A DNA stretch of 64,000 nt from positions 23,370 through 87,369 of the forward strand of contig JBHGAV010000010.1 in NCBI GenBank assembly GCA_041946685.1. Reading direction: 5' to 3'. Positions 55,406 to 64,000 of the stretch are shown here, piece after piece (positions within the stretch are counted from its first letter, which is position 1; each line of letters begins with the position of its first letter). The notes under the pieces are model-generated. The model saw only the letters and a program-made list of their open reading frames with translations. It searched no databases and was not told where the DNA came from. This DNA comes from Bryobacteraceae bacterium. GTDB lineage: Bacteria; Acidobacteriota; Terriglobia; Bryobacterales; Bryobacteraceae. The position numbers and the translations under genes are program-made.

Positions 55406-56785
55406 TTACGATTGTCTCCGGCGCATGTGGTACACGATCGCGCCCACGGTGACCGTCAGCGCCGCGGCAACCGAAACCTTCGGCTGAAGCATGATGCCGT
55501 ACACCGTCATCCACAAGCCTACCAGCAGGAAGAGCACGGGCAAAAGCGGCCAGGCGAAGCTGACCACGCGCAGCTTCTGCCATTCTTCTCGGCGCCGGAA
55601 GATGAACAACGAGCTGACCGACAGCACGGCGAAGAAGTTGAGCATGAAGCCGATGTAGATGACCAGTTGCGGGAACGGGGTCAGCGTCATCAGCACCGCG
55701 CAAGCGCCCTGCAGCAGGATGGCGGGCACGGGTGTGTGCCATCTTGGATCCACCTTGGCGGCCACGGGGAGGAACGCGCCGTTCTTAGCCATGGCATAGT
55801 AGACCCTCGGCCCGATGGTCACCATGGCGTTCACGGTGGAAACCAGGGAGAGCGCCATGAGGGCGCTAAACACCCCCGCGATCCCGGCGCCGAACAGCTT
55901 GGATGCCGCCAGCGCTCCCACCGCGAGCACTCCCTTCATTTCGCCAAGCGGCGCGGCATAGATGAAGACCAGGTTCAATCCGAAATACAGGGCCGCGACC
56001 AGACCGGCCCCCAGGGCGAGGGCGACGGGCAAGGTCTTTTCGGGCCGCTTCAACTCCTCCGCCACATATGTCGCCGCGTTCCAACCGCTGTAGGCGACAT
56101 AGATCCAGAACAGGCTGATCACGAACTGGGCCGCCAAAGGCGTGGTCGAAGTGCGGTCGGTGGACATCGAGAAGTGCCCCCAGTCCCCGGTCCCAATGGC
56201 GAAGCCGAGAACAATGAAGGCGAACAGCACCAGAATCTTTGCGCCCGTGAGCACGTTTTGAATTCGTGCAATCCGTCTCACACCGAAGAAGTTGAGGATG
56301 GTGAACAGCGCAATCAGGCAGGAAGCGGCTACTTGCGCCCCTCCCAACTTCAAGGAGAAGGAATCCGAGCCGATTGTGAGCTGCGCGTTCTCCTGCTTCA
56401 AGCCGGGGAAGAAATAGCCCAGGTAGTCGGAGAACGCCAGCGCCGCGGCGGCAATCGGAGCCGAGAAGCCCGCGAAAAAGGAGACCCAGCCGGTCATGAA
56501 GCCCCACGTGGGCCCGTAGGCACGGGTCAGATAGACGTATTCGCCACCTGAACTTGGGAAGTTGACGCCGAGTTCCGAGTAGCAGAAGGCCCCGACCAGG
56601 GCGAACAGCGCCCCCACGACCCAAATCACCAGCACCAGCCCCGGCGTGCCCAGGTCACCAGCCAGAAAGCCGCTCGTGGCGAAGATGCCAGTGCCGACCA
56701 TGTTGGAGACTACCAGGGCGGTGGCGCTGACGACGCCGAGCTGCCGCAGCAGCGCGGAAGGGCTTTCGGAGGAAGTCCGGGGCAT
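55406..56785 (-). CDS. APC-superfamily amino acid permease
   Basis: Twelve-TM pattern with an N-terminal GVVSATALVVSNMVGTGIF motif. The start is set at ATG 56785 (ORF-track start is 56836). Confidence 0.85.
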   Translation of the reverse strand: MPRTSSESPSALLRQLGVVSATALVVSNMVGTGIFATSGFLAGDLGTPGLVLVIWVVGALFALVGAFCYSELGVNFPSSGGEYVYLTRAYGPTWGFMTGWVSFFAGFSAPIAAAALAFSDYLGYFFPGLKQENAQLTIGSDSFSLKLGGAQVAASCLIALFTILNFFGVRRIARIQNVLTGAKILVLFAFIVLGFAIGTGDWGHFSMSTDRTSTTPLAAQFVISLFWIYVAYSGWNAATYVAEELKRPEKTLPVALALGAGLVAALYFGLNLVFIYAAPLGEMKGVLAVGALAASKLFGAGIAGVFSALMALSLVSTVNAMVTIGPRVYYAMAKNGAFLPVAAKVDPRWHTPVPAILLQGACAVLMTLTPFPQLVIYIGFMLNFFAVLSVSSLFIFRRREEWQKLRVVSFAWPLLPVLFLLVGLWMTVYGIMLQPKVSVAAALTVTVGAIVYHMRRRQS

Positions 56786-56842
56786 AGCCGTGCTCTTTTC
56801 GGTCACTTGGACATTGTACGCCAGCCCAGGTAGCATTCAGGT

Positions 56843-57535
56843 ATGGCTTTCCCGTATTTGGCGGTGGCCGTCTGGGGGCTGGTGCTGTGGGCCGCGGATC
56901 CGTACACAAGCCAGCGTGAGAGGATGGTCAGCGAGCAAATCGAGGCGCGCGGAGTCCGCAATCCTGCCGTTCTCAAGGTTATGCGAGCCACCCCGAGGCA
57001 TCTGTTTGTGCCTGAAGCCCTGCGGAGCCAAGCGTATGTGGACAGCCCTTTGCCCATCGGCCTGGGACAGACCATCTCACAGCCTTACATTGTGGCCGTC
57101 ATGACGGAACTGCTCCGGCCCGACAAGAGCAGCAAGGCCCTCGAGATCGGAACAGGATCGGGCTACCAGGCGGCCGTACTGGCCCCCCTGGTCAGGCAGC
57201 TCTACACCATCGAGATTGTGCCCGAACTCGCCAAGCGTAGTGCGGAGCTGCTGAAGCAGCTCGGATATACCAATATCACCGTCCGGCAAGGTGACGGATA
57301 CCTGGGGTGGCCCGAGGAAGCTCCCTTTGACCGCATCATCCTGACCGCAGCGCCCGGCGAGATTCCCAAGGCCCTCGTGGCCCAACTCAAGCCCGGAGGA
57401 GTTCTGGTCGCACCCGTTGGGGGCACTGTGCTCGGGCAGGATCTGATCGTCTTGGAAAAGGCCGCAGACGGAAAGATCCGCGAGCGCTCCGTCTTCCCGG
57501 TCCGCTTCGTGCCCATGGTGCGTGGAAAAGGTTGA
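56843..57535 (+). CDS. pcm: Protein-L-isoaspartate O-methyltransferase
   Basis: GQTISQPYIVAVMTELL and the SAM motif LEIGTGSGYQAAVLA are present. The first 26 codons are hydrophobic and signal-like. An internal ATG at 56921 would give a canonical cytoplasmic Pcm, so the start and localisation are uncertain. Confidence 0.85.
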   Translation: MAFPYLAVAVWGLVLWAADPYTSQRERMVSEQIEARGVRNPAVLKVMRATPRHLFVPEALRSQAYVDSPLPIGLGQTISQPYIVAVMTELLRPDKSSKALEIGTGSGYQAAVLAPLVRQLYTIEIVPELAKRSAELLKQLGYTNITVRQGDGYLGWPEEAPFDRIILTAAPGEIPKALVAQLKPGGVLVAPVGGTVLGQDLIVLEKAADGKIRERSVFPVRFVPMVRGKG

Positions 57536-57764
57536 ACCAGAGGGCCTTGATGCCGCTCATGGGCGGCACGCCCAGTTCTTGGAGTCCTGGCGTATGTTCT
57601 GCGCATCATAACGGATGGAGCGGGCAGCTCCGGCTGGCTGGTGGTGTTCGTCGCCGTGGCTCACGTGGGGGTCGGAGCGCTTACCATGGGGGCCAGCTTC
57701 ATCCTTGTGTTACAGGTTTGGCGGCAACTGTATTGCCCGGCGACGAAGCCGGCAAGTTAGGTTC

Positions 57765-58586
57765 ATGCGACCTTATATCGAGCTGACCAAGCCTCGGATT
57801 ACCTGGCTCATCCTAATGAGCACGGGGATAGGGTTCTGGGCGGGCATGGGGCCGGTGTGGAGTTTGGCCGCTCTGTTCCATACCGTGATTGGCACGGGCC
57901 TGCTCGCTTCAGGCACCGCCGTCTTGAACCAGTGGTACGAGCGCGACACTGACGCTCGAATGAAGCGCACCCAGGGTCGCCCACTGCCGGCCGGCCGCGT
58001 CACACCCGGCCGCGCCCTGGGGTTTGGAATCGCGCTGGCGCTGGCCGGATTCCTGGAGCTTTGGCTGGCCGTCAACCTGCTGGCCGCCCTGCTCGGGGCC
58101 CTGACCCTGGGAACCTACCTGTTGGCCTACACACCGCTGAAACGCCTTTCGCCCGTTTGCACCGCGGTGGGCGCATTTCCAGGCGCCATGCCTCCGCTCA
58201 TCGGCTATGCGGCGGCGGCGGGAAAATTGGACACGCACGCCTGGGTGTTGTATGCAATCCTGTTTCTCTGGCAGTTTCCTCACTTCCTTTCGATTGCCTG
58301 GATTTACCGGGAGGACTACGCGCGCGGCGGCCTCGTCATGCTGCCGGGTGAGGAGGCAACCGCAGGGCAGATTTTTCTGTCATCCTTGTTGTTGATTCCG
58401 GTCAGCCTCCTGGCTGGCGGGGGGCTGATCTATTCGGCCGGCGCGTTGGCGTTGGGCCTGATCTACTTCGCGGCTGCTGTGCGTGCCGCGCGAGGGTTGA
58501 ATGGGGTGCGTGCCCGGCAGTTGCTCGTGGCGTCGGTGACTTACTTGCCGCTCTTGTACACGTTCATGTTGCTGGACAGACGATGA
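57765..58586 (+). CDS. ctaB: Protoheme IX farnesyltransferase (heme O synthase)
   Basis: ATG 57765 starts MRPYIELTKPRITWLILMS. UbiA-family Asp-rich context is present (NQWYERDTDARM). Its stop overlaps the actA ATG. Confidence 0.9.
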   Translation: MRPYIELTKPRITWLILMSTGIGFWAGMGPVWSLAALFHTVIGTGLLASGTAVLNQWYERDTDARMKRTQGRPLPAGRVTPGRALGFGIALALAGFLELWLAVNLLAALLGALTLGTYLLAYTPLKRLSPVCTAVGAFPGAMPPLIGYAAAAGKLDTHAWVLYAILFLWQFPHFLSIAWIYREDYARGGLVMLPGEEATAGQIFLSSLLLIPVSLLAGGGLIYSAGALALGLIYFAAAVRAARGLNGVRARQLLVASVTYLPLLYTFMLLDRR

Positions 58587-59230
58587 AGCCGGTATTCGCA
58601 AAATCAGCGGACAGGTTGCTGCGGATCTCCTTGGTGGTTCTGGTGACAGGCCTCGCCTCGGCCGTCGGCCTGGGCTCATGGCTCTTTCATCCCAGGCAAA
58701 GGGAAGTGGGCTACTCTCCCGTGCAGCCGGTGCCGTACAGTCACAAGCTGCATGCAGGCGACCTGGGCCTGGACTGCCGCTACTGTCATATCACCGTCGA
58801 GACGGCCGCCATGGCCGCAATTCCGCCTACCCAGACCTGCATGAACTGCCACGAACGAGTGAAGAGCCAGAGCACAGCCCTGGCCCCCATCCGGGAAAGC
58901 TATGCCACCGGAAAGCCGGTCCCCTGGGTGCGGGTACATCGGCTGCCCGACTTCGTCTACTTCAACCACAGCGCGCACGTGAGCGCGGGCGTAAGCTGCG
59001 TGAGTTGCCACGGGCGCGTCGACCAGATGATCGAAGTGAAAGCAGTCGAACCCCTCAACATGGCCTGGTGCCTTGATTGCCACAGAAACCCGGCGGCCAG
59101 GATCCGGCCGCGGGAACTGGTGACGAACCTTGGCTGGAAGCCGGACCGGGACCCCGTGGAGTTGGGACGCGAACTGGTGGCGGCCAATCACATAGCTCCA
59201 CCGACGAATTGTTCGGGGTGCCACCGATGA
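58583..59230 (+). CDS. actA: Alternative complex III subunit ActA (pentahaem cytochrome c)
   Basis: N-terminal TM and five CxxCH motifs (CRYCH, CMNCH, CVSCH, CLDCH, CSGCH). Followed by actBCD. Confidence 0.85.
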   Translation: MKPVFAKSADRLLRISLVVLVTGLASAVGLGSWLFHPRQREVGYSPVQPVPYSHKLHAGDLGLDCRYCHITVETAAMAAIPPTQTCMNCHERVKSQSTALAPIRESYATGKPVPWVRVHRLPDFVYFNHSAHVSAGVSCVSCHGRVDQMIEVKAVEPLNMAWCLDCHRNPAARIRPRELVTNLGWKPDRDPVELGRELVAANHIAPPTNCSGCHR

Positions 59231-62139
59231 GCATGACCGGGAAGAAGTACTGGCGAAGCCTGGAGCAATTCGCCGAGACACCCCGCTTCAAGGAATGGCT
59301 CCACCGGGAGTTCCCTTCAGGCGCTTCAGAACTGGCGGGCACAACATCGCGCAGGAAGCTGCTCCAGTTGATGGGCGCTTCGCTTGGCCTGGCGGGGCTG
59401 ACCGCCTGCCGCCGTCCTCAGGAGAACATCCTTCCTGCCAGCTATGGCTCGGAAGAGCTCGTACCCGGAGTGCCGCTCTGGTACGCGACCAGCATGACCC
59501 TGGGCGGCTACGCCACCGGCCTGCTGGTTGAATCCCACGACGGCCGGCCGACCAAGGTCGAAGGGAACCCGAACCACCCGGCCAGCCTGGGTGCGACTTC
59601 GGGATACGCCCAGGCCGCCGTGCTCGGCCTGTATGATCCCGACCGGTCCCGGACCGTGCTCGCCGCGGGAAAGCCCTCGAGCTGGGACAACTTCGAGTCC
59701 TTCGTTAAGTCCCACTTCGACCCGGCCCGCATCGGCGACGGCGCGCGGCTCCGCTTCCTGAGCGAGAGTCTGGCGTCTCCTTCGCTCGAAGCCCTCCGGA
59801 AGCACGCGCTCCAGCGCTTCCCGAAATCCAGGTGGATTGAATACGAGCCGCTTAACCAGGATCAGGCGCTGGCCGGCGCTCAGATCGCGTTCGGGATTGC
59901 CTGCCAGGCGCATTATCACTTTGATCGCGCGGACGTAGTTGTCTCTCTGGATGGCGACTTCCTCGGGCAGGACGCCTTGAGCCTGGCGTGGATTCGCGAC
60001 TTCGCGCGGCGGCGGCAGGCCGGCTCGGCCCAGTCCTCCATGAACCGGCTCTACGTCGTGGAGAGCCGTTACTCCACGACCGGCGCCATGGCGGATCATC
60101 GCTCGCGGCGCCGGCCCAGTGAGGTGATCCGGTTCGCGGTGGATCTGGCGCGCCGGTTCGGGCTGCCCGGCGGCGCCCCTGCGCAGGACAAGTTCCTCAA
60201 CGCCCTGGCCGGCGACCTTGAGGCCCATCGAGGCCGGTCGCTGGTTGTGGCCGGGCCGCGGCAGCCCGCAGAGGTGCATGCGCTGGCCCATTTCATCAAC
60301 CAGGCGCTTGGAAATGCCGGCGCGACCGTGACTTATCTCTCGATTCCGCGCGGCGAGTTCCAACCGCAGATCCAGGCGCTTCAGTCGCTCGCCTCCGAGA
60401 TGGATGCCGGACAGGTGGAGACGCTGGTCATCCTAGGGGGAAATCCGGTTTTCAATGCGCCGGCGGACGTGGATTTTGCGGACCTCATGAAGAAGGTCCC
60501 CCACGCGATTCGACTGGGCATGGAAGAGGACGAGACTTCGGCCGTTTCATCCTGGCACCTGCCGGAGGCGCACTTCCTGGAGTCCTGGGGGGACGGACGC
60601 GCCCTGGACGGCACAGCCTCCATCCAGCAGCCCCTGATCGAGCCGCTTTTCGGCGGCCGGACAGCCGCGGAGGTGGCCGCGCTGGTTACGGGATACAAGG
60701 ACCGCCGCGCCTACGACATTGTCAGGAACTACTGGCTCTCACAGTGGCCCGCGGCCACAAGAGAAAAGACGTGGCGCAAGGCCCTGCACGATGGAGTGAT
60801 CGCCGGCTCGGCCAGCCCCGTCGTGGACGTCTCGGCGGACGGCCGGCGCATCGAGGCCGCCGTGGGCAAGCTGCCCGCATCGTCCTCCGGTATGGAGTTG
60901 TCTCTTGTTCCCGGCTGGGCGGGCTGGGATGGCCGCTTCGCCAACAACGGCTGGTTGCAGGAGGCGCCCGACCCGATGACCCGGCTCACCTGGGACAACG
61001 CCGCGCTGGTGAGCCCCGCCACCGCGCGCAAGCTGGCTCTGGCAACCGGCGACCTGGTGAGTGTGGGCAGCGCAGGCCGCAAGGCGCTGCTGCCGGTGAT
61101 TGTTCAGCCGGGCCACGCCGATGAGTGCGTCTCGGTGGCCGTCGGTTACGGCCGCAGGCGCTGCGGCCGCGTGGGGCGCAACGTGGGGTACGATGCATAC
61201 CCACTGCGCACCACTTCGGCTCCCTGGTCGGCGTCCGGCGTGGAATTGCGAGCGGCTGGCGGAAGACGAAGGCTCGCAATCACGCAGAATCACCACAGTC
61301 TGGAGGGCCGCCCTTTGATCCTGGAGGCGACCCTGGAGGAATACCGCCGGAACCCCAAATTCGTCGCCAAGTCCGCGCCCCATGAAGAGCATTTCTCGCT
61401 GTACAGGGAGCGCACCTACGACCAGGGCTACCAGTGGGGGATGTCCATCGACCTGAACGCTTGCGTGGGGTGCAACGCCTGTGTCCTGGCTTGCCAGGCG
61501 GAGAACAACATCCCCATCGTGGGCAGGAACCAGGTGACCAGGGGACGCGAGATGCACTGGATCCGGGTCGACCGCTACTACGAGGGCCCGCCGGAGGACC
61601 CGCGCTCGGTGTCGCAGCCGGTCACCTGCCAGCAATGCGAGAACGCGCCGTGTGAGAACGTCTGTCCCGTGGCGGCGACCACGCACAGTCCGGAGGGCCT
61701 GAACGACATGGCCTACAACCGATGCGTAGGGACGCGCTATTGCTCCAACAACTGCCCCTATAAGGTGCGGCGCTTCAACTTCCTGGATTTCCACAAGGAC
61801 ATCAGCGAACTGGAGAAGATGGCATTCAATCCGGACGTCTCCGTGCGCATGCGGGGCGTGATGGAGAAGTGCACCTACTGCGTGCAGCGCATCGAGGAGA
61901 AGAAGATTCAGGCGGCGCGCGAGGGGCGCCGGCCGATCAAGGACGGCGAGATCCGGACGGCCTGCCAGCAGGTCTGCCCGGCCGAGGCCATTGTCTTTGG
62001 CAACATCAACGATCCCGCCAGCCGGGTGGCGCGCCTCCGCAAGGACGACCGGAGCTACGGCCTGCTGGCGGAGTTGAACACCAAGCCGCGCACCACCTAC
62101 CTGGCGAAGCTGCGCAACCCGAATCCGGAGTTGGGGTAG
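59227..62139 (+). CDS. actB: Alternative complex III subunit ActB (molybdopterin-like domain fused to 4-cluster FeS domain), Tat signal
   Basis: ATG 59227 overlaps the actA stop. The Tat-like signal is SRRKLLQLMGASLGLAGL. The C-terminal FeS motifs are CVGCNACVLAC, CQQCENAPCENVCP, CVGTRYCSNNCP and CTYC. Confidence 0.85.
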   Translation: MSMTGKKYWRSLEQFAETPRFKEWLHREFPSGASELAGTTSRRKLLQLMGASLGLAGLTACRRPQENILPASYGSEELVPGVPLWYATSMTLGGYATGLLVESHDGRPTKVEGNPNHPASLGATSGYAQAAVLGLYDPDRSRTVLAAGKPSSWDNFESFVKSHFDPARIGDGARLRFLSESLASPSLEALRKHALQRFPKSRWIEYEPLNQDQALAGAQIAFGIACQAHYHFDRADVVVSLDGDFLGQDALSLAWIRDFARRRQAGSAQSSMNRLYVVESRYSTTGAMADHRSRRRPSEVIRFAVDLARRFGLPGGAPAQDKFLNALAGDLEAHRGRSLVVAGPRQPAEVHALAHFINQALGNAGATVTYLSIPRGEFQPQIQALQSLASEMDAGQVETLVILGGNPVFNAPADVDFADLMKKVPHAIRLGMEEDETSAVSSWHLPEAHFLESWGDGRALDGTASIQQPLIEPLFGGRTAAEVAALVTGYKDRRAYDIVRNYWLSQWPAATREKTWRKALHDGVIAGSASPVVDVSADGRRIEAAVGKLPASSSGMELSLVPGWAGWDGRFANNGWLQEAPDPMTRLTWDNAALVSPATARKLALATGDLVSVGSAGRKALLPVIVQPGHADECVSVAVGYGRRRCGRVGRNVGYDAYPLRTTSAPWSASGVELRAAGGRRRLAITQNHHSLEGRPLILEATLEEYRRNPKFVAKSAPHEEHFSLYRERTYDQGYQWGMSIDLNACVGCNACVLACQAENNIPIVGRNQVTRGREMHWIRVDRYYEGPPEDPRSVSQPVTCQQCENAPCENVCPVAATTHSPEGLNDMAYNRCVGTRYCSNNCPYKVRRFNFLDFHKDISELEKMAFNPDVSVRMRGVMEKCTYCVQRIEEKKIQAAREGRRPIKDGEIRTACQQVCPAEAIVFGNINDPASRVARLRKDDRSYGLLAELNTKPRTTYLAKLRNPNPELG

Positions 62140-62142
62140 AAG

Positions 62143-63528
62143 ATGGCGGAGAACGTAATCGAGCGCGCGAACGGGCTGGACACCCCTTTGATCCTAGGGC
62201 GGCCGACGCTCGCCGACGTGACCGGGACCGTCAGCGGGATCGTCGAGCGAAAGCCGCCGCGCGCCTGGTACGCCGCCTTCGGAATCAGCGCCACTCTTAC
62301 GCTCGTTTTGGGCGCCATGCTGGCGTATCTGGTGACCACCGGCGTCGGCGTCTGGGGAAACAACCAGCCCATCGGCTGGGCCTGGGACATCACCAATTTC
62401 GTTTTCTGGATCGGAATCGGCCACGCCGGAACGCTCATCTCCGCCATCCTGTTCCTGTTGCGCCAGCGGTGGAGAACCTCGATTAATCGCGCGGCCGAGG
62501 CGATGACGCTGTTCGCCGTGATGTGCGCAGGCATCTACCCCCTGTTCCACGTCGGCCGCCCCTGGCGCGCCTACTGGCTCCTGCCGCTGCCCAACGCCGA
62601 TCTGGGCATGTGGCCCAACTTCCGGAGCCCGCTGCTGTGGGATGTCTTCGCGGTCAGCACCTACGCCACCGTGTCGGCCCTGTTCTGGTACGTCGGCCTG
62701 ATCCCGGACCTGGCTACGCTGCGCGACCGCGCCACCACGCGGATCCGGCAGTTCGTCTACGGGGTGCTGGCGCTCGGCTGGCGGGGTTCGGCCCGCCACT
62801 GGCGGCACTACGAGATGTCCTATCTGCTGCTGGCTGGGCTCTCCACCCCCCTGGTGGTCTCGGTTCACTCGATCGTCAGCTTCGACTTCGCCGTCTCGGT
62901 GATCCCCGGCTGGCACACCACGATCTTCCCACCGTACTTCGTCGCCGGCGCCATCTTCTCGGGCTTCGCCATGGTCGTGACGCTCATGATCCTGGCGCGA
63001 AGCGTCTACCGTCTGGAGAACCTGATCACCATGCGCCACCTGGACAACATGTGCAAGGTGATGCTGGCCACCAGCATGATTGTCGGCTACTCCTACGCCG
63101 TGGAGTTTTTCACCGCCTTCTTCAGCGGCAATCCTTACGAGCGGTTCGTGTTCGTCAACCGGGCGATCGGTCCTTACGCCTGGGCGGTGTGGACCATGTT
63201 CACCTGCAACGTCATCGTTCCGCAGTTGCTCTGGTTCAAGCGACTCCGCAACACCTTGCCGGTCATCTTCGTCGTGTCCATTCTGATCAATGTGGGCATG
63301 TGGTTTGAGCGGTTCGTGATCATCGTGACCTCGCTGCACCGCGACTATCTGCCCTCCAGTTGGGGTTACTTCCGCCCGACTCCGGTGGACATCCTGACCT
63401 TCGCCGGGAGCATCGGCCTGTTCCTCACCCTCTTCCTGCTCTTCGTGAGGTTCCTGCCCATGGTGGCGATGGCGGAAGTGAAGGGCGTAATCGCAACCGC
63501 GCCATCCCACGGGGAGGTGAAGTCATGA
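62143..63528 (+). CDS. actC: Alternative complex III subunit ActC (NrfD/PsrC-like quinol-interacting membrane subunit)
   Basis: 461 aa with about ten TM helices. NrfD-like WGxxIxxFxFxIGxxHAG context is present ([22 protein letters not shown]). Confidence 0.85.
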   Translation: MAENVIERANGLDTPLILGRPTLADVTGTVSGIVERKPPRAWYAAFGISATLTLVLGAMLAYLVTTGVGVWGNNQPIGWAWDITNFVFWIGIGHAGTLISAILFLLRQRWRTSINRAAEAMTLFAVMCAGIYPLFHVGRPWRAYWLLPLPNADLGMWPNFRSPLLWDVFAVSTYATVSALFWYVGLIPDLATLRDRATTRIRQFVYGVLALGWRGSARHWRHYEMSYLLLAGLSTPLVVSVHSIVSFDFAVSVIPGWHTTIFPPYFVAGAIFSGFAMVVTLMILARSVYRLENLITMRHLDNMCKVMLATSMIVGYSYAVEFFTAFFSGNPYERFVFVNRAIGPYAWAVWTMFTCNVIVPQLLWFKRLRNTLPVIFVVSILINVGMWFERFVIIVTSLHRDYLPSSWGYFRPTPVDILTFAGSIGLFLTLFLLFVRFLPMVAMAEVKGVIATAPSHGEVKS

Positions 63529-64000
63529 CGCCCCGCGTGCACGGCGTCGCCGCCCAGTTCCCGTCGCCGGAAGCGCTGCTGGCGGCGGTGAGAGGCGCAC
63601 GCGCGGAAGGCTACACCAGGATGGACGCCTTCACCCCCCACCCGGTGCACGGGCTGGACCGGGCCCTTGGTTTGGGCCGCTCCCGGCTGGGGTACTTGTC
63701 ATTGGCAGGAGGCGTGGTGGGCGCGATTTCCGCTCTGCTGCTCCAGTGGTGGACAGGCGCGGTGGACTACCCCCTGGTGATCGGTGGAAAGCCGCTGTTC
63801 GCCTTTGAGTTCTCGATCCCGGTCACCTTCGAGCTTACGGTTCTGCTGGCTTCCTTCGGCGCCGTCATCGGCATGCTGGCGGCGAATGGCCTGCCGCGGC
63901 TGTCGCACCCGGTCTTCCGCGCGGAGACGTTCCGCCGGGTGACCGACGACGGCTACATGCTGCTGATCGAAGGCGACGATCCCAAGTTCGAGACGGAGGC
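63525..64000 (+). CDS. actD: Alternative complex III subunit ActD (DUF3341), 5' part, runs off right edge
   Basis: Not in the ORF track because no stop codon falls in the window. ATG 63525 overlaps the actC stop (ATGA). My translation is [49 protein letters not shown]..., followed by two TM segments, which is the typical DUF3341/ActD start. Confidence 0.75.
   Translation, partial: MTPRVHGVAAQFPSPEALLAAVRGARAEGYTRMDAFTPHPVHGLDRALGLGRSRLGYLSLAGGVVGAISALLLQWWTGAVDYPLVIGGKPLFAFEFSIPVTFELTVLLASFGAVIGMLAANGLPRLSHPVFRAETFRRVTDDGYMLLIEGDDPKFETE

Noticed and set aside
1-64000. Mobile elements, prophage or defence islands, CRISPR arrays, and tRNA, rRNA or riboswitch elements.
   Set aside because: I saw no integrase, transposase, nuclease or helicase-type defence genes, and no direct-repeat arrays. 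No intergenic region is long enough or structured like a tRNA or a known riboswitch. The longest spacers (23649-24008, 32384-32586, 2549-2836, 57536-57764, 48598-48797) look like promoter or leader regions.

Overview
GC-rich, strongly GC3-biased bacterial chromosomal segment, densely coding, with many 4-nt start/stop overlaps. I found no tRNA or rRNA genes, CRISPR arrays, transposases or integrases. The gene content suggests an Acidobacteriota-like soil bacterium, based on alternative complex III, an EPS export locus and many Tat/Sec-exported oxidoreductases. That taxonomic guess is inference only. All calls come from reading the supplied translations for motifs and from synteny; no searches were run.

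Gene layout, left to right:
- 1-3.5 kb: EPS export locus (OMP, Wza, Wzz, start of a kinase).
- 3.5-7 kb: maf, a DUF721 gene, gatCA and sodA.
- 7-10.1 kb: a sugar-modification trio (epimerase, radical-SAM/SPASM enzyme, GT2).
- 10.1-13.7 kb: potABCD.
- 13.8-17.4 kb: an exported IorAB-type molybdoenzyme plus an exported HpcH aldolase.
- 17.5-19.9 kb: cdaA, a 62-aa mini-CdaR and glmM.
- 19.9-23.7 kb: a Tat-signal 2-hydroxyacid dehydrogenase, a secreted tandem-domain protein and an oversized CorA-like protein.
- 24.0-39.0 kb: two tandem, diverged Hdr/Mvh-type cytoplasmic [NiFe]-hydrogenase clusters.
- 39-43.5 kb: a class-V aminotransferase, an M48 peptidase, a MauE-thioredoxin fusion and hemL.
- 43.5-52.6 kb: a large glycosylation cluster (geranylgeranyl-reductase-like, GT2, RGP/GT75-like, three GT-C-like membrane proteins, HAD).
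- 52.7-57.5 kb: degP, coaE, folD, a permease and pcm.
- 57.8-64 kb: ctaB translationally coupled to actABCD of alternative complex III.

The most interesting feature is hydrogenase cluster 1. It lacks HdrBC and instead carries a QmoA-like flavoprotein, a small wHTH protein and a QmoC-like protein (FeS domain fused to a NarI-like membrane domain). This points to a hydrogenase-Qmo hybrid that links cytoplasmic H2 metabolism to the quinone pool. Second is the RGP-like / polyprenyl-phosphate / GT-C glycosylation cluster.
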